A stretch of DNA of 64,000 nt from Terriglobia bacterium (GTDB lineage Bacteria; Acidobacteriota; Terriglobia; JAIQFV01), in the NCBI GenBank assembly GCA_020072965.1, contig JAIQFY010000017.1, positions 17,604-81,603 on the forward strand, written 5' to 3'. Positions 1 to 8,649 of the stretch are shown here, in pieces. Each line of letters starts with the position of its first letter. The stretch's first letter is position 1. Made by a program: the position numbers and the translations under genes. The notes beneath the pieces are model-generated. The model saw only the letters and a program-made list of their open reading frames with translations. It was not told where the DNA came from and did no database searches.

Positions 1-310
1 TTTCACTCATAGCATGATACGTTTCGTCGGGATTCATCGTTATTGTTGAACTAAGGATGGTTTTCGGCTAAGGTCAGGCCTGAATCAAGACCTAGAATAC
101 AGATCGATTGAGTAGACTGCTTGGCAGAGTCTCACTCGGCGCTGTTCCGTCTGGGACATTTGATCCCGTAAAGGGCAGCTAGCCCCTCGGACAACACAAA
201 GGAGGTCTCCTGTGAAACCCATTCTTGCATCGATTTCAATACCGCGAACCCTAGAATCAAGCGAACATGATGGCCTTTTGTGCCCACCCCCGGACACTCA
301 AGATGTTCGT

Positions 311-1663
311 ATGGACAGTTCGGATCGGCGGTTTTCCTCGTTTTCAGTGAACACCGTCGTCTGGCGAATTCCGCTGCTCGTTGTGATCCTGTTTGGGGCG
401 CTTGGCAGCGCCGTGCAGGCCCAGGACCAGGGGTCTAAACCCGACGACCAGAAGGTAAAGAAGGCGTTCTATTCCGCGAGAGACCGCTTGGCGGCCATGA
501 AGGTAGCTCTCCTGTATAATCCGAGGGCAGTCGCCGAAGCCGATATCATGCAGGGTCCAGACCAGGACAAAAAGCAGTTCCAACTTCACTTCAACGATAA
601 AGTGATCTGTGACTTTGATACGCCCGGCTCGAAGATGGGCGGCAAGACGGTCAAGTTTGCCTGCAAGATCACCGGAGTCGAGAGCACTAATGGCCAGGTT
701 CAGACCTTGACCCCGGACATCGAAGAAGAGCCCGTGAAGGTGAAGTTCGGCGCCAACGATAACGAAGTTTACGCCGAAATCGTTGCGACACGACTGATGT
801 GGGCGTTGGGATACTATGCCGACTCGTGGTTCCCAGTTCGTGTGGAATGCCACAATTGTCCGGAAAACCCCGAGACTGGTTCAGGACCGACCGGCACCCG
901 TACCTTCGACCCCGCTACCATTGTTCGGAAGTTTCCCGGGCACAAGATGACCGAAGACGGCAAGGACGATGAGGGCTGGAGCTGGAAGGAACTCGATGCC
1001 GCCAATGGTCGCCCAACTTATGAACGGGACGGCCTCAAACTGCTGGCCGCATTCATGCAACACAGTGACAACAAACCTCCCCAGCAGCGCTTGGTCTGTC
1101 ACAAGGTAGATATGGACGAGAAGACCAAGCCCCCCACCGCGACCTGTGATGAGTCCGTCATGATGGTGCAAGACGTCGGCGCGACCTTCGGTACGGGCGG
1201 GGCGTTTACCAGCAACTCCTCGGCCAAAATGAATCTCAAGGGATGGTCCGGCTTGAAGCTCTGGAACCAGGTGGGGACCGACGGCGCACCAAAACAATGC
1301 AAAGCCGTGTTGCACAAAAGTTTGAGCGCACACGATGGCTTGAGCGATCCGATAATCAGCGAAGAGGGGCGGCGCTTCGACGCCGGTTTGATGTGCCAAC
1401 TCTCCGATCACCAAATCGAAGATCTCTTCAAGGCCTCGCGCGCGGCGGAGATGCCCGAGTATCACAACAGTGATGGCAGCTTCAAGGCCGGCGTGGATGA
1501 GGCTTCCGTCATGCAGCAATGGGTGGAGGCATTCAAGCGGAAGCGAGAGGATCTCGCGAAAGGGCGCTGCGCGTGGAAGGAAAAGCCTGCGGACCTCTCT
1601 GCGATCGACAATCCGATGGGCCTGGCAACTGTACCGAATAACTGTGCCGCCAAACCCTTCTGA
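311..1663 (+). CDS. Exported atypical protein-kinase-like fold protein (HipA/PI3K/CotH-like motifs)
   Basis: ORF 212..1663, likely start at ATG 311. Hydrophobic signal peptide ends AVQA-QD. Motifs in kinase order: GGKTVKF, VKVKFG, EVYAEIVATRLMWALG, HSDNK, QDVGATFG. Many Cys residues. Confidence 0.6.
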   Translation: MDSSDRRFSSFSVNTVVWRIPLLVVILFGALGSAVQAQDQGSKPDDQKVKKAFYSARDRLAAMKVALLYNPRAVAEADIMQGPDQDKKQFQLHFNDKVICDFDTPGSKMGGKTVKFACKITGVESTNGQVQTLTPDIEEEPVKVKFGANDNEVYAEIVATRLMWALGYYADSWFPVRVECHNCPENPETGSGPTGTRTFDPATIVRKFPGHKMTEDGKDDEGWSWKELDAANGRPTYERDGLKLLAAFMQHSDNKPPQQRLVCHKVDMDEKTKPPTATCDESVMMVQDVGATFGTGGAFTSNSSAKMNLKGWSGLKLWNQVGTDGAPKQCKAVLHKSLSAHDGLSDPIISEEGRRFDAGLMCQLSDHQIEDLFKASRAAEMPEYHNSDGSFKAGVDEASVMQQWVEAFKRKREDLAKGRCAWKEKPADLSAIDNPMGLATVPNNCAAKPF

Positions 1664-1795
1664 CCGCGGCGCAAGACAGACCAACAACAGCGCACAGACG
1701 AAGAATTCTCCTGCCGATAGGAAGAACGAATGCTGTCTTCACGTGTTTCCACACTTGGTCTTGTCCACCCCATCCGCAAGTGGTAGACTTTCCCA

Positions 1796-2251
1796 ATGCG
1801 GAAAAAGAAGCCCATTCGGACCAAGAAGACTGCCAGTCGAAAGAAGCCAAAGAGCCGGAAGAAAAACCTTACCCGAAAAAGGACAACGAGCCGCAAGGAG
1901 AAGGTGACCCGCCGCAAGAAGACTCTTACACGGAAAAAGACAACGAGCCGCAAGGTGGTGACCCGCCGCAAGAAGTCCACCCTTCGGAAAATCCTATTCG
2001 TCAGCGAAGCCGAGGCCGAAAAGGAAAGGTACAGTTCGGTCACTGCCGGGCAGTCAGGCGATATCCAGGGGCTGTCCCATATCCCGGAAGGGGATTCGGA
2101 GAGCGTGGAGGAGTTGGTCGAAGAGGGACAGGCCTTCGAGGCGGGGGTGGTCGACGGCATGGAAAATGCGCCCGAGGCCGACGAGGCGGAAGTCACGACG
2201 AAAGAGGTTTCCGAGGATGATGTTCCCCTCGAATACCGGGACAAGGATTAA
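1796..2251 (+). CDS. Hypothetical protein with Lys/Arg/Thr-rich repetitive N-terminus and highly acidic C-terminus
   Basis: ORF track. TRKKTT-like repeats are followed by EELVEEGQAFEAGVVDGMENAPEADE...DDVPLEY. Confidence 0.7.
   Translation: MRKKKPIRTKKTASRKKPKSRKKNLTRKRTTSRKEKVTRRKKTLTRKKTTSRKVVTRRKKSTLRKILFVSEAEAEKERYSSVTAGQSGDIQGLSHIPEGDSESVEELVEEGQAFEAGVVDGMENAPEADEAEVTTKEVSEDDVPLEYRDKD
1871..1984 (+). repeat. Two 57-nt tandem in-frame repeat units within the basic protein
   Basis: Units at 1871-1927 (TRKRTTSRKEKVTRRKKTL) and 1928-1984 (TRKKTTSRKVVTRRKKSTL). Confidence 0.85.
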
Positions 2252-2267
2252 CAATTCGCCACCATAG

Positions 2268-2416
2268 GAAACTGCGGATCTTCCGATTGCGGAATGAGGA
2301 TTGTGGATTTCGGATGGCGGACTTTAAAATGAGTAACTGTAATTCATTTCGAGCGATCAAGCATTTTCGCTCCGCCTTTTTCCATTCCGCAATTCAAAAA
2401 CCCTCATTCCGCAATT
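2268..2416. repeat. Intergenic inverted-repeat element, GATTGCG heptamer family
   Basis: Left arm ttccgattgcggaatgagg, right arm cctcattccgcaattg. The same family occurs at 37255, 39767, 40787, 43287 and 46018. Confidence 0.75.
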
Positions 2417-2585
2417 GATATGGGCCCTGCCCCGCGCCCTTCAGATCGCCACTAAATCATTGACACTCCGGCCACTAAAGTTGGAGAATCCTGCCCGAGT
2501 TGATTCCAGTCATTATTCGTTGGTTCTTTCGCTCATCTTCAAGATGAACGGATGGGAATTGGTCCAGCATGCCCTCGAAAGGGTG

Positions 2586-2643
2586 GGGACAGACATCGAC
2601 ACTGAAGGACCTTCGAGGTTAAGGAGCGCAGGGTGTCTGTCCC
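2586..2643. repeat. 58-nt palindromic REP-like element, copy 1
   Basis: gggacagaca...tgtctgtccc terminal inverted repeat. Core gaggttaaggagcg is shared with the copy at 4004-4061. Confidence 0.8.
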
Positions 2644-2690
2644 TGAGCTTCGATGAAGGGCGCGGATTGTTCGGGGGAGGCCGAAGAGCA

Positions 2691-2891
2691 ATGTTTAAAG
2701 TGGCCTTTGGAGCGGCGTTCGTTTTGACCCTGGGAACCTGGGTGTTCTTTTATATCAAGCTGCCCGATGCCCCACTGGGCCCTTCGGCAACCACGATCGT
2801 CTTTGGCGGATGGTTCATAGGTGCTCTCATTGTGAAATGGATCTGGACCAAAATCCAGAAACGAGAAGAGAAGAGTGACCAGAAGACTTAA
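2691..2891 (+). CDS. Small two-TM membrane protein
   Basis: ATG 2691 follows ggaggccg. MFKVAFGAAFVLTLGTWVFF...IVFGGWFIGALIVKWIW. Overlaps the next start. The upstream part of ORF 2415..2891 runs through repeat DNA. Confidence 0.6.
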   Translation: MFKVAFGAAFVLTLGTWVFFYIKLPDAPLGPSATTIVFGGWFIGALIVKWIWTKIQKREEKSDQKT

Positions 2892-3981
2892 AGACAGCAG
2901 TGAGTCCCGGCGTCACGGTCTGCTGGGAATTTCTTTGTTGGCCGTCCTGCTGATGGTCGCAGCCAACCCCCCTTGCTGTCTGTTCGCTCAACAGACCGAG
3001 CCGCCTCTCCGTGGCAACGTCTTCTCCCAGGGCAAAGCGCTTGCGGAAGTTAAGGTAACGGCCACAAACAGATCAACGGGAAGGGCCTACACTGCATTCA
3101 CGGACCCAGCCGGGCAGTATTCGTTTCTTGAGTTGAGCGATGGCACGTATGATGTGAAGGCTGAGAAGGATCGGTACGAGAGATTCACCCGGAAAGGAAT
3201 TGCCATTCGATCGGGAAAGCCTGCCGCGTTGGATTTCGTGTTGAAGGCTTCATCTCGTCCTGACCTGGAGAAGCCGCACCCCACCAAAGCCGCTCCTCCC
3301 CCCGCAACTCCAACAATGCCGCCTCCCCCGACAACCCTCACCCCGACAGGCGGCGATCAGCCTCGGGTCACCGCTCGTTCGTTTCTTGTGGGAAAGGATG
3401 TGGAGAAGGACGGATACGGGCTGTACAGCTATCTTCTCTTCGGAACTCCACCCAGTGAAATCATCCGCAACCGGTATCAGGAAGCGATCAGGGCCTATCT
3501 CGGAGAGATTCAGGATGTCAAGAGTGTCCAGGAATATATTCCTCCTCAACGGCTCAACGTGACTTACCTGCCCTTGACCCGGGAGCCCACGGGCGCAAAT
3601 CCCACGCCGGAATGGGTGCTTGATTCCTACAATTATGCGCGCTCGGAAGCCTTGCTCCTGAAGGTTCCAGGCGGGCTGCACCCCGGCGGCCCTTACCTCA
3701 TTTCCACCCTTACACCGCTGTCGAAGGTCGACATCCTCGTCGACGATTATCTCTATCTGGACCTGTCCGCGGTGCCTCCCGGTGTCATCCTTCCCTGGAT
3801 CAAAGAATTCATGGCCCAGGCTTCACAACAACGGTTTTGGGAAAAGCGGGACTACGCGCAATGGGTGCTGAAACTTCGGACGGCCATCGAAGACATGGCC
3901 GTGGCGTTGCCTGCTGTGAACAAAGCCGGCAAGGACTGGAAAGATCTGGTGGCGAGCATTGTCTGGCATGGATCAAAGTAG
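2875..3981 (+). CDS. Exported protein: carboxypeptidase-regulatory-like beta-sandwich, Pro-rich linker, uncharacterised C-terminal domain
   Basis: Signal-like N-terminus. LRGNV...TDPAGQYSF..LSDGTYDVKAEK matches the CarboxypepD_reg pattern. PPPATPTMPPPP linker. Confidence 0.7.
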   Translation: MTRRLKDSSESRRHGLLGISLLAVLLMVAANPPCCLFAQQTEPPLRGNVFSQGKALAEVKVTATNRSTGRAYTAFTDPAGQYSFLELSDGTYDVKAEKDRYERFTRKGIAIRSGKPAALDFVLKASSRPDLEKPHPTKAAPPPATPTMPPPPTTLTPTGGDQPRVTARSFLVGKDVEKDGYGLYSYLLFGTPPSEIIRNRYQEAIRAYLGEIQDVKSVQEYIPPQRLNVTYLPLTREPTGANPTPEWVLDSYNYARSEALLLKVPGGLHPGGPYLISTLTPLSKVDILVDDYLYLDLSAVPPGVILPWIKEFMAQASQQRFWEKRDYAQWVLKLRTAIEDMAVALPAVNKAGKDWKDLVASIVWHGSK

Positions 3982-4003
3982 GAAGGGGTTTCGTGGAGGG
4001 GAA

Positions 4004-4061
4004 AGGATAGACACCGACAATAAAGAACCTCGGAGGTTAAGGAGCGTAAGGTGTCTGTCCC
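4004..4061. repeat. 58-nt palindromic REP-like element, copy 2
   Basis: aggatagacacc...ggtgtctgtccc, same length and core as 2586-2643. Confidence 0.8.
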
Positions 4062-4064
4062 TAA

Positions 4065-4198
4065 CGGGCTGTTGCTCAAATCAATTTGCCGGGTCAGGGG
4101 ACCCGGCCTACAGCGCAGAATCATGTAGTTATGTTGTAGGCCTCCCCGATGAGTCATCGGGGCCTCACCGGGCGCTCTCGGGGTTGAGCAACAGCCCG
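4065..4198. mobile_element. Miniature inverted-repeat element (MITE-like), 15-bp perfect terminal inverted repeats
   Basis: cgggctgttgctcaa (4065-4079) pairs with ttgagcaacagcccg (4184-4198). Internal hairpins gccgggtcaggggacccggc and ccccgatgagtcatcgggg. Confidence 0.55.
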
Positions 4199-4398
4199 CT
4201 AAGATTGTACAATCGATTGGGCACTTCTTAGGACGAAATGCTGCTTATGTGAACCGTCGAGATTTTGGAAAATGAAGGGATTCTTTCACCCCTCCGGGGC
4301 TCAAATCACTATCGGATCCCTACCCCGCCCTTGCCCCGCAAAAGAAACACGCGGGGCTCGGACGGGGCTACTCTCTGACGGCCCGCTGGGCCTCTGAT

Positions 4399-4650
4399 AT
4401 GAGTATTTGCCTGAGGTCGATCGTCACAAAAAAAGGCGACTACCCTTACCGCGCCACCGTCAGCCATGACGACTTTGCTAAGGGCCTTGCCCGGATGGCG
4501 CGCGACATCCATTATGGCAACTTCAAGAACGAGGTGGAAAAGGAGATGGGCGCCCAGCGGGAACGGACCTACGAGGAGATCTGGAGTCTGTTGCGAGAAC
4601 TTGAAGAGGAAGAGGGATCAGACAGATCACGGGGGAGGTCGTGGAGTTAG
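4399..4650 (+). CDS. Hypothetical protein, possibly 5'-truncated
   Basis: 83-aa ORF with protein-like composition (DYPYRA...IHYGNFKNE), flanked by REP-like DNA. Confidence 0.45.
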   Translation: MSICLRSIVTKKGDYPYRATVSHDDFAKGLARMARDIHYGNFKNEVEKEMGAQRERTYEEIWSLLRELEEEEGSDRSRGRSWS

Positions 4651-4663
4651 GAAGAACTAAGAA

Positions 4664-4776
4664 TCCAACCGCAAAGCCCGCTAAGAAGGCGGAAAGAGCG
4701 CAAGAAACTCCAGTTTAGTTTTCAAGAAATATCGTCTTAGCGACCTTAGCGCCTACTTTGCGAGCTTGGCGGTTTG
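4664..4776. repeat. REP-like inverted repeat (CGCAAAG/CTTTGCG family)
   Basis: aaccgcaaagcccgctaag...cttagcg...ctttgcgagcttggcggtt. Related arms lie at 8388-8500. Confidence 0.65.
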
Positions 4777-4831
4777 ATTTTATCCCCCCAGAAAAGCAGA
4801 ATCGTTCTGTGAGCGCAAGAAAAGGGTCCGC

Positions 4832-5383
4832 ATGAAAGATGATCAAATCTTTCGTAATGATCTCAGCCTGATTCTTCGGGCGCTATCCTTTGCTGCCCAT
4901 AAGCACCGCGATCAGCGCCGCAAAGGAGAAAGCGCTTCGCCTTACATTAACCACCCCATCGCATTGGCCACCGTCCTGTGTAATGAAGGCGGCGTGAGTG
5001 ATGTCCGGGTCCTCTGTGCCGCCTTGTTGCACGACACGGTCGAGGACACTCAAACCACGCCCCAGGAATTGGAGGAGCATTTTGGCGCCGAGATCCGCCA
5101 TATCGTCGCGGAAGTCACCGACGACAAGAGTCTTCCCAAGGCCGAACGCAAACGCCTTCAAATTGAACGTGCCGCGCACAGCAGCCACCAGGCGAAGCTG
5201 GTCAAACTGGCTGACAAGATCTGCAACATGCGGGATCTTGTCGAGGATCCACCCGAACGGTGGGGCCTCAAAGAGCAGAAGGAATATTTTGATTGGGCGA
5301 AAGAGGTGGTGGATCAGATCCGAGGAACCAACCCGCAACTGGAAGCGTTGTTCGACGCCGCGTATGCGAAAATGCCGAAATAA
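4832..5383 (+). CDS. Stand-alone HD-domain (p)ppGpp/NADPH hydrolase, Mesh1/small alarmone hydrolase family
   Basis: HRDQRRK, PYINHP, AALLHDTVEDT, EVTDDK and KLADKICN are the RelA/SpoT-type hydrolase motifs. 183 aa with no synthetase domain. Confidence 0.85.
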   Translation: MKDDQIFRNDLSLILRALSFAAHKHRDQRRKGESASPYINHPIALATVLCNEGGVSDVRVLCAALLHDTVEDTQTTPQELEEHFGAEIRHIVAEVTDDKSLPKAERKRLQIERAAHSSHQAKLVKLADKICNMRDLVEDPPERWGLKEQKEYFDWAKEVVDQIRGTNPQLEALFDAAYAKMPK

Positions 5384-5531
5384 CCACTGCGGGTGTGAAC
5401 TCTCCCTTGCATTGCCCCCTTAATAACAATCGAATGATTCGAAAGTGTTGTGGTGATCACTGCGGGAGACGCCGTGATGAGAGGGGTCAGTTCCCCAATA
5501 GTCGGAGTGTGTGAGTGATCACCTCAATCCC

Positions 5532-8006
5532 TCACTCCCATCTCAAGGCCTCCACAGGGTCCACGCTGGAGGCGCGGCGTGCCGGGAAGTAGCTTGCAAG
5601 CAATGCGACCACGCCGAGAACGATCGTCACCGCATTATATGTCACCGGATCCAGCGCACTGACGCCAAATAGAAGCGCTGTCATAAGGCGGGTCAGCCCC
5701 ATCGCTGCACCCTGCCCCAGCGCGATCCCGATGCAGATCAACAGGAGGCCTTGCCGCACGAACATCAGGCGGACCTGTTCCTGTTGAGCCCCCAGGGCCA
5801 TGCGGATGCCAATCTCCCGTGTTCGCTGGGACACGGCATAAGCGATGACGCCGTAGATTCCCACCACCCCGAGCAGCAGTGCCACGCCGGCCGCGATGCC
5901 GAGCATGAGCAGGGTAAAGGAGGTCTGCGTCATCGACTCCTCAAGGATCTCCCGCAGGGTCCGGACATTCGCCAGGGGAAGGTTGGGGCTGGCCGCCCAC
6001 ACCGCCTGTTGAATTTCCTTGAAAAACGTGGGAGAGCCGACTCTCTCGCTGCGGATGGCGTAAGCCATATTCCGCTGAGCAATCAGCTTTTCCCCCCAGA
6101 AATTCTCCATCAGCATCGGCCAATACACCTCGGGAGTCGCCTTTTGATTGACACCATCGTCATGCTCATTCCCCACGATTCCGACGATTTCCCGCCACGG
6201 GTTCTTCGGAGTCTCCCGGATGCGCCTGCCTATGGCTTTGGTCGGATCCTTCCAATATTCCCTTGCCAGGTTATCGGTGATGACAGCCACCGGGGCCTTG
6301 TTGTAAATGTCGGCCCAGGTGATATCGCGTCCAACGAGAATGGGATTCCCCATCGTGGCGAAGTAATTCGGCGAGATCCATTTGAAGCGGCGAATGGGTG
6401 GAATCTGGCCCTCCGGCGCGGGAAATTCTTCGACGAAGATGGGATCGTTGTCGTCGTTGCCATCCATCGTGACTGAACTGGAAAGGCCGACGGAATTGAC
6501 TCCCGGGATCTGCTCAATTCGGCGCAGGATTTGCTCGTGGGTTCGAACCACTTTCTCCTCGTCAGAAATCTCTGCCTTCGGAATCGAGACGCGCACGGTC
6601 AGGACCTCTTCGGGACGGACGAACCCGGGCTGGACTTTTCTCAAGGCCTGGAAGGTCCGGATCATCAGTCCGGAGCTGACTAAAAGGACCAGGGCCGTGG
6701 CGATTTGAAAAACGACCAGCACATTGCGCGCCCGGTGGTGTTCCCGTCCGTCGCTGAACGACCGGCCCCCCTCCTTCAGTGCCGCCGCGAGATCCGGCCT
6801 CGCGTATTTGAGAACCGGGATGAGGCCAAAGAGCACCCCCGCCAGCAGTGAGATCCCAAGCGTAAACAGGAGAACCGTGGGATCGATGGAAATCTCATCC
6901 AGACGCGGGATGCTTTCCGGCCCCTTGGCCACCAGCAGCCGGACTCCCGCGTAGGCCAGAAACAATCCGAAAACGCCGCCCATAAATCCCAGTGAAACAC
7001 TCTCGAAAAGAAGTTCCCGCGCAATCCGACCCCAACTGGCACCCAGGGCCGTACGGATGGCGAGTTCCCGATGACGGCCCTCTGCACGGACCAGAAAGAG
7101 ATTTGCCACATTGGCACATGCAATGAGGAGCACCAGCCCAACGGTCCCCAGCAACACCCAGAGAATTTTGCCGACGTCGCCCACGGCATCCTGCTTGAGG
7201 GGGCGAAGGTTCGGGCCCAGCTTTGCCTCTTCGACCATCTTCATTGAAAACCCCGGAGGAAGGGGGAATTTCTGCAACGTGAGGGGGATCATGCGGGCCA
7301 CATCGGCATTCGCCTGTTCCAGGGTGACACCGGGTTTGAGCCGCGCGATCGCATAGTGGCTGAAGTTACCCACGAACACTTCGCTGCGGTTGAGCCGATA
7401 AGCAAGGATCAGGGACGGACGGGAACGCAAAAACCGGAAGCTCTGAGGCAGAACCCCGATCACTTCATGAGGCCGTCCCTCGATGATGATCCCGCGGCCA
7501 ATCACGCTGCGATCGCCCCCAAACTTCCGCTGCCAGTATGGATAAGTCAGTAGGACCGTTTCCGGGGTACCGGGAGAATCATCCGCGGCCGTGAACGTCC
7601 GTCCGAACATCGGTTGGACCCGAAGAACATGGAGAATGCCATCTGTCACCATCAAGGCGTCAACCCGCTCGGGCTCAGCGACCCCGGTTACAGTGACCGA
7701 TTCGTTACGCCACATGCCGATATCTTCGAAAACCCTGTTTTCTTCCCGATAGGTGAGATGGAAAGCCGGTCCCTGGTTCAACACGCTGAATCCAAGACCG
7801 GGCGCCTTGTGCCAGATCGCCACCAGCCGTTCCGGATCTTTGAAAGGAAGAGGCTTCAAAAGGACCCCATTCACCACGCTGAAGATGGCGCTGTTGGCGC
7901 CAATGCCCACTGCAAGGGTCATCACCACCACGAGGGTGAACAGGGGCGTGCGTCCGAACCGCCGCATCAACAATCGAAGCTTGATTCCAAGCGATTGCAT
8001 AAACAT
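5532..8006 (-). CDS. ADOP-type ABC permease (duplicated MacB_PCD + FtsX), isolated copy
   Basis: [36 protein letters not shown]-terminal RRASSVDPVEALRWE. 824 aa. Confidence 0.9.
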   Translation of the reverse strand: MFMQSLGIKLRLLMRRFGRTPLFTLVVVMTLAVGIGANSAIFSVVNGVLLKPLPFKDPERLVAIWHKAPGLGFSVLNQGPAFHLTYREENRVFEDIGMWRNESVTVTGVAEPERVDALMVTDGILHVLRVQPMFGRTFTAADDSPGTPETVLLTYPYWQRKFGGDRSVIGRGIIIEGRPHEVIGVLPQSFRFLRSRPSLILAYRLNRSEVFVGNFSHYAIARLKPGVTLEQANADVARMIPLTLQKFPLPPGFSMKMVEEAKLGPNLRPLKQDAVGDVGKILWVLLGTVGLVLLIACANVANLFLVRAEGRHRELAIRTALGASWGRIARELLFESVSLGFMGGVFGLFLAYAGVRLLVAKGPESIPRLDEISIDPTVLLFTLGISLLAGVLFGLIPVLKYARPDLAAALKEGGRSFSDGREHHRARNVLVVFQIATALVLLVSSGLMIRTFQALRKVQPGFVRPEEVLTVRVSIPKAEISDEEKVVRTHEQILRRIEQIPGVNSVGLSSSVTMDGNDDNDPIFVEEFPAPEGQIPPIRRFKWISPNYFATMGNPILVGRDITWADIYNKAPVAVITDNLAREYWKDPTKAIGRRIRETPKNPWREIVGIVGNEHDDGVNQKATPEVYWPMLMENFWGEKLIAQRNMAYAIRSERVGSPTFFKEIQQAVWAASPNLPLANVRTLREILEESMTQTSFTLLMLGIAAGVALLLGVVGIYGVIAYAVSQRTREIGIRMALGAQQEQVRLMFVRQGLLLICIGIALGQGAAMGLTRLMTALLFGVSALDPVTYNAVTIVLGVVALLASYFPARRASSVDPVEALRWE

Positions 8007-8042
8007 TCCTCTTATTGAGTTTCTTGTCGGCCGCTAGAACTC

Positions 8043-8079
8043 GGGTGCCGCAGGCATTGGCTCCCCCACAATGCCTGCG
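8043..8079. repeat. REP-like hairpin GGGTGCCGCAGGCAT-N13-ATGCCTGCG
   Basis: The same arms and a 13-nt loop occur at 61083-61119 and 61176-61212. Confidence 0.8.
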
Positions 8080-8387
8080 ATGAAGATCCAAAAGTCACCG
8101 TCTCATCGGGTGCCGCAGACGTTTAGCCTCATCCATTGTCTGTAACCGACAATCGAGCTGCGCATTCTTACTCGGCGTCCCTGCTCAAAGGGTGGAATGA
8201 CGGGGTCAGAGAATTTCACCCCGGCTCTCAAACCATGTTATTCGCCACGGCTCCATACCGTCAGAGACCCCTTGTCGGGCCTCAACTTGAATTTGATGAT
8301 ACGCCGCCGACTGGAGAAAAGTTCGACATTTTTGAATTTCTGCCGGGGTAAATCGGTACACTCTGAAGGGTATTACTATTGGGTTCA

Positions 8388-8641
8388 CCGCAAAGGGCGC
8401 AGAGAAGGCGCAAAGGACGCAGAGAATGCGAATAGGTTCACGACCAATACTTAGCTCATTGCGTCCTTTGCGCCTCCCTGGCGGACTCTGTGGTTAGTTC
8501 GGGGATTTTTCGAGAAGTCTGACACAAGCCCCCGCCGAGAAAAACGCTCGGCGAGACTACCAAACCTTAGAATCCTTGGCGTCCTTTGCGCCTCCCTGGC
8601 GGACTCTGTGGTTAGTTCGAGGATTTTTCGAGAAGTCTGAC
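8388..8641. repeat. REP mosaic with a 63-nt direct repeat (period 118 nt)
   Basis: 8461-8523 and 8579-8641 differ at one position. The upstream arm ggcgcaaaggacgca is complementary to them. Confidence 0.85.
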
Positions 8642-8649
8642 TTACAGTC

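Noticed and set aside
2415-2690. N-terminal extensions of ORF calls (2415, 14004, 14959, 18795, 28869, 45912, 52439, 56961)
   Set aside because: The extensions run through repeat or intergenic DNA. Downstream starts have better RBSs and match family N-termini.
8136-8351. 71-aa ORF between REP elements
   Set aside because: No RBS and no recognisable motif. It may be a remnant but I cannot support a call.
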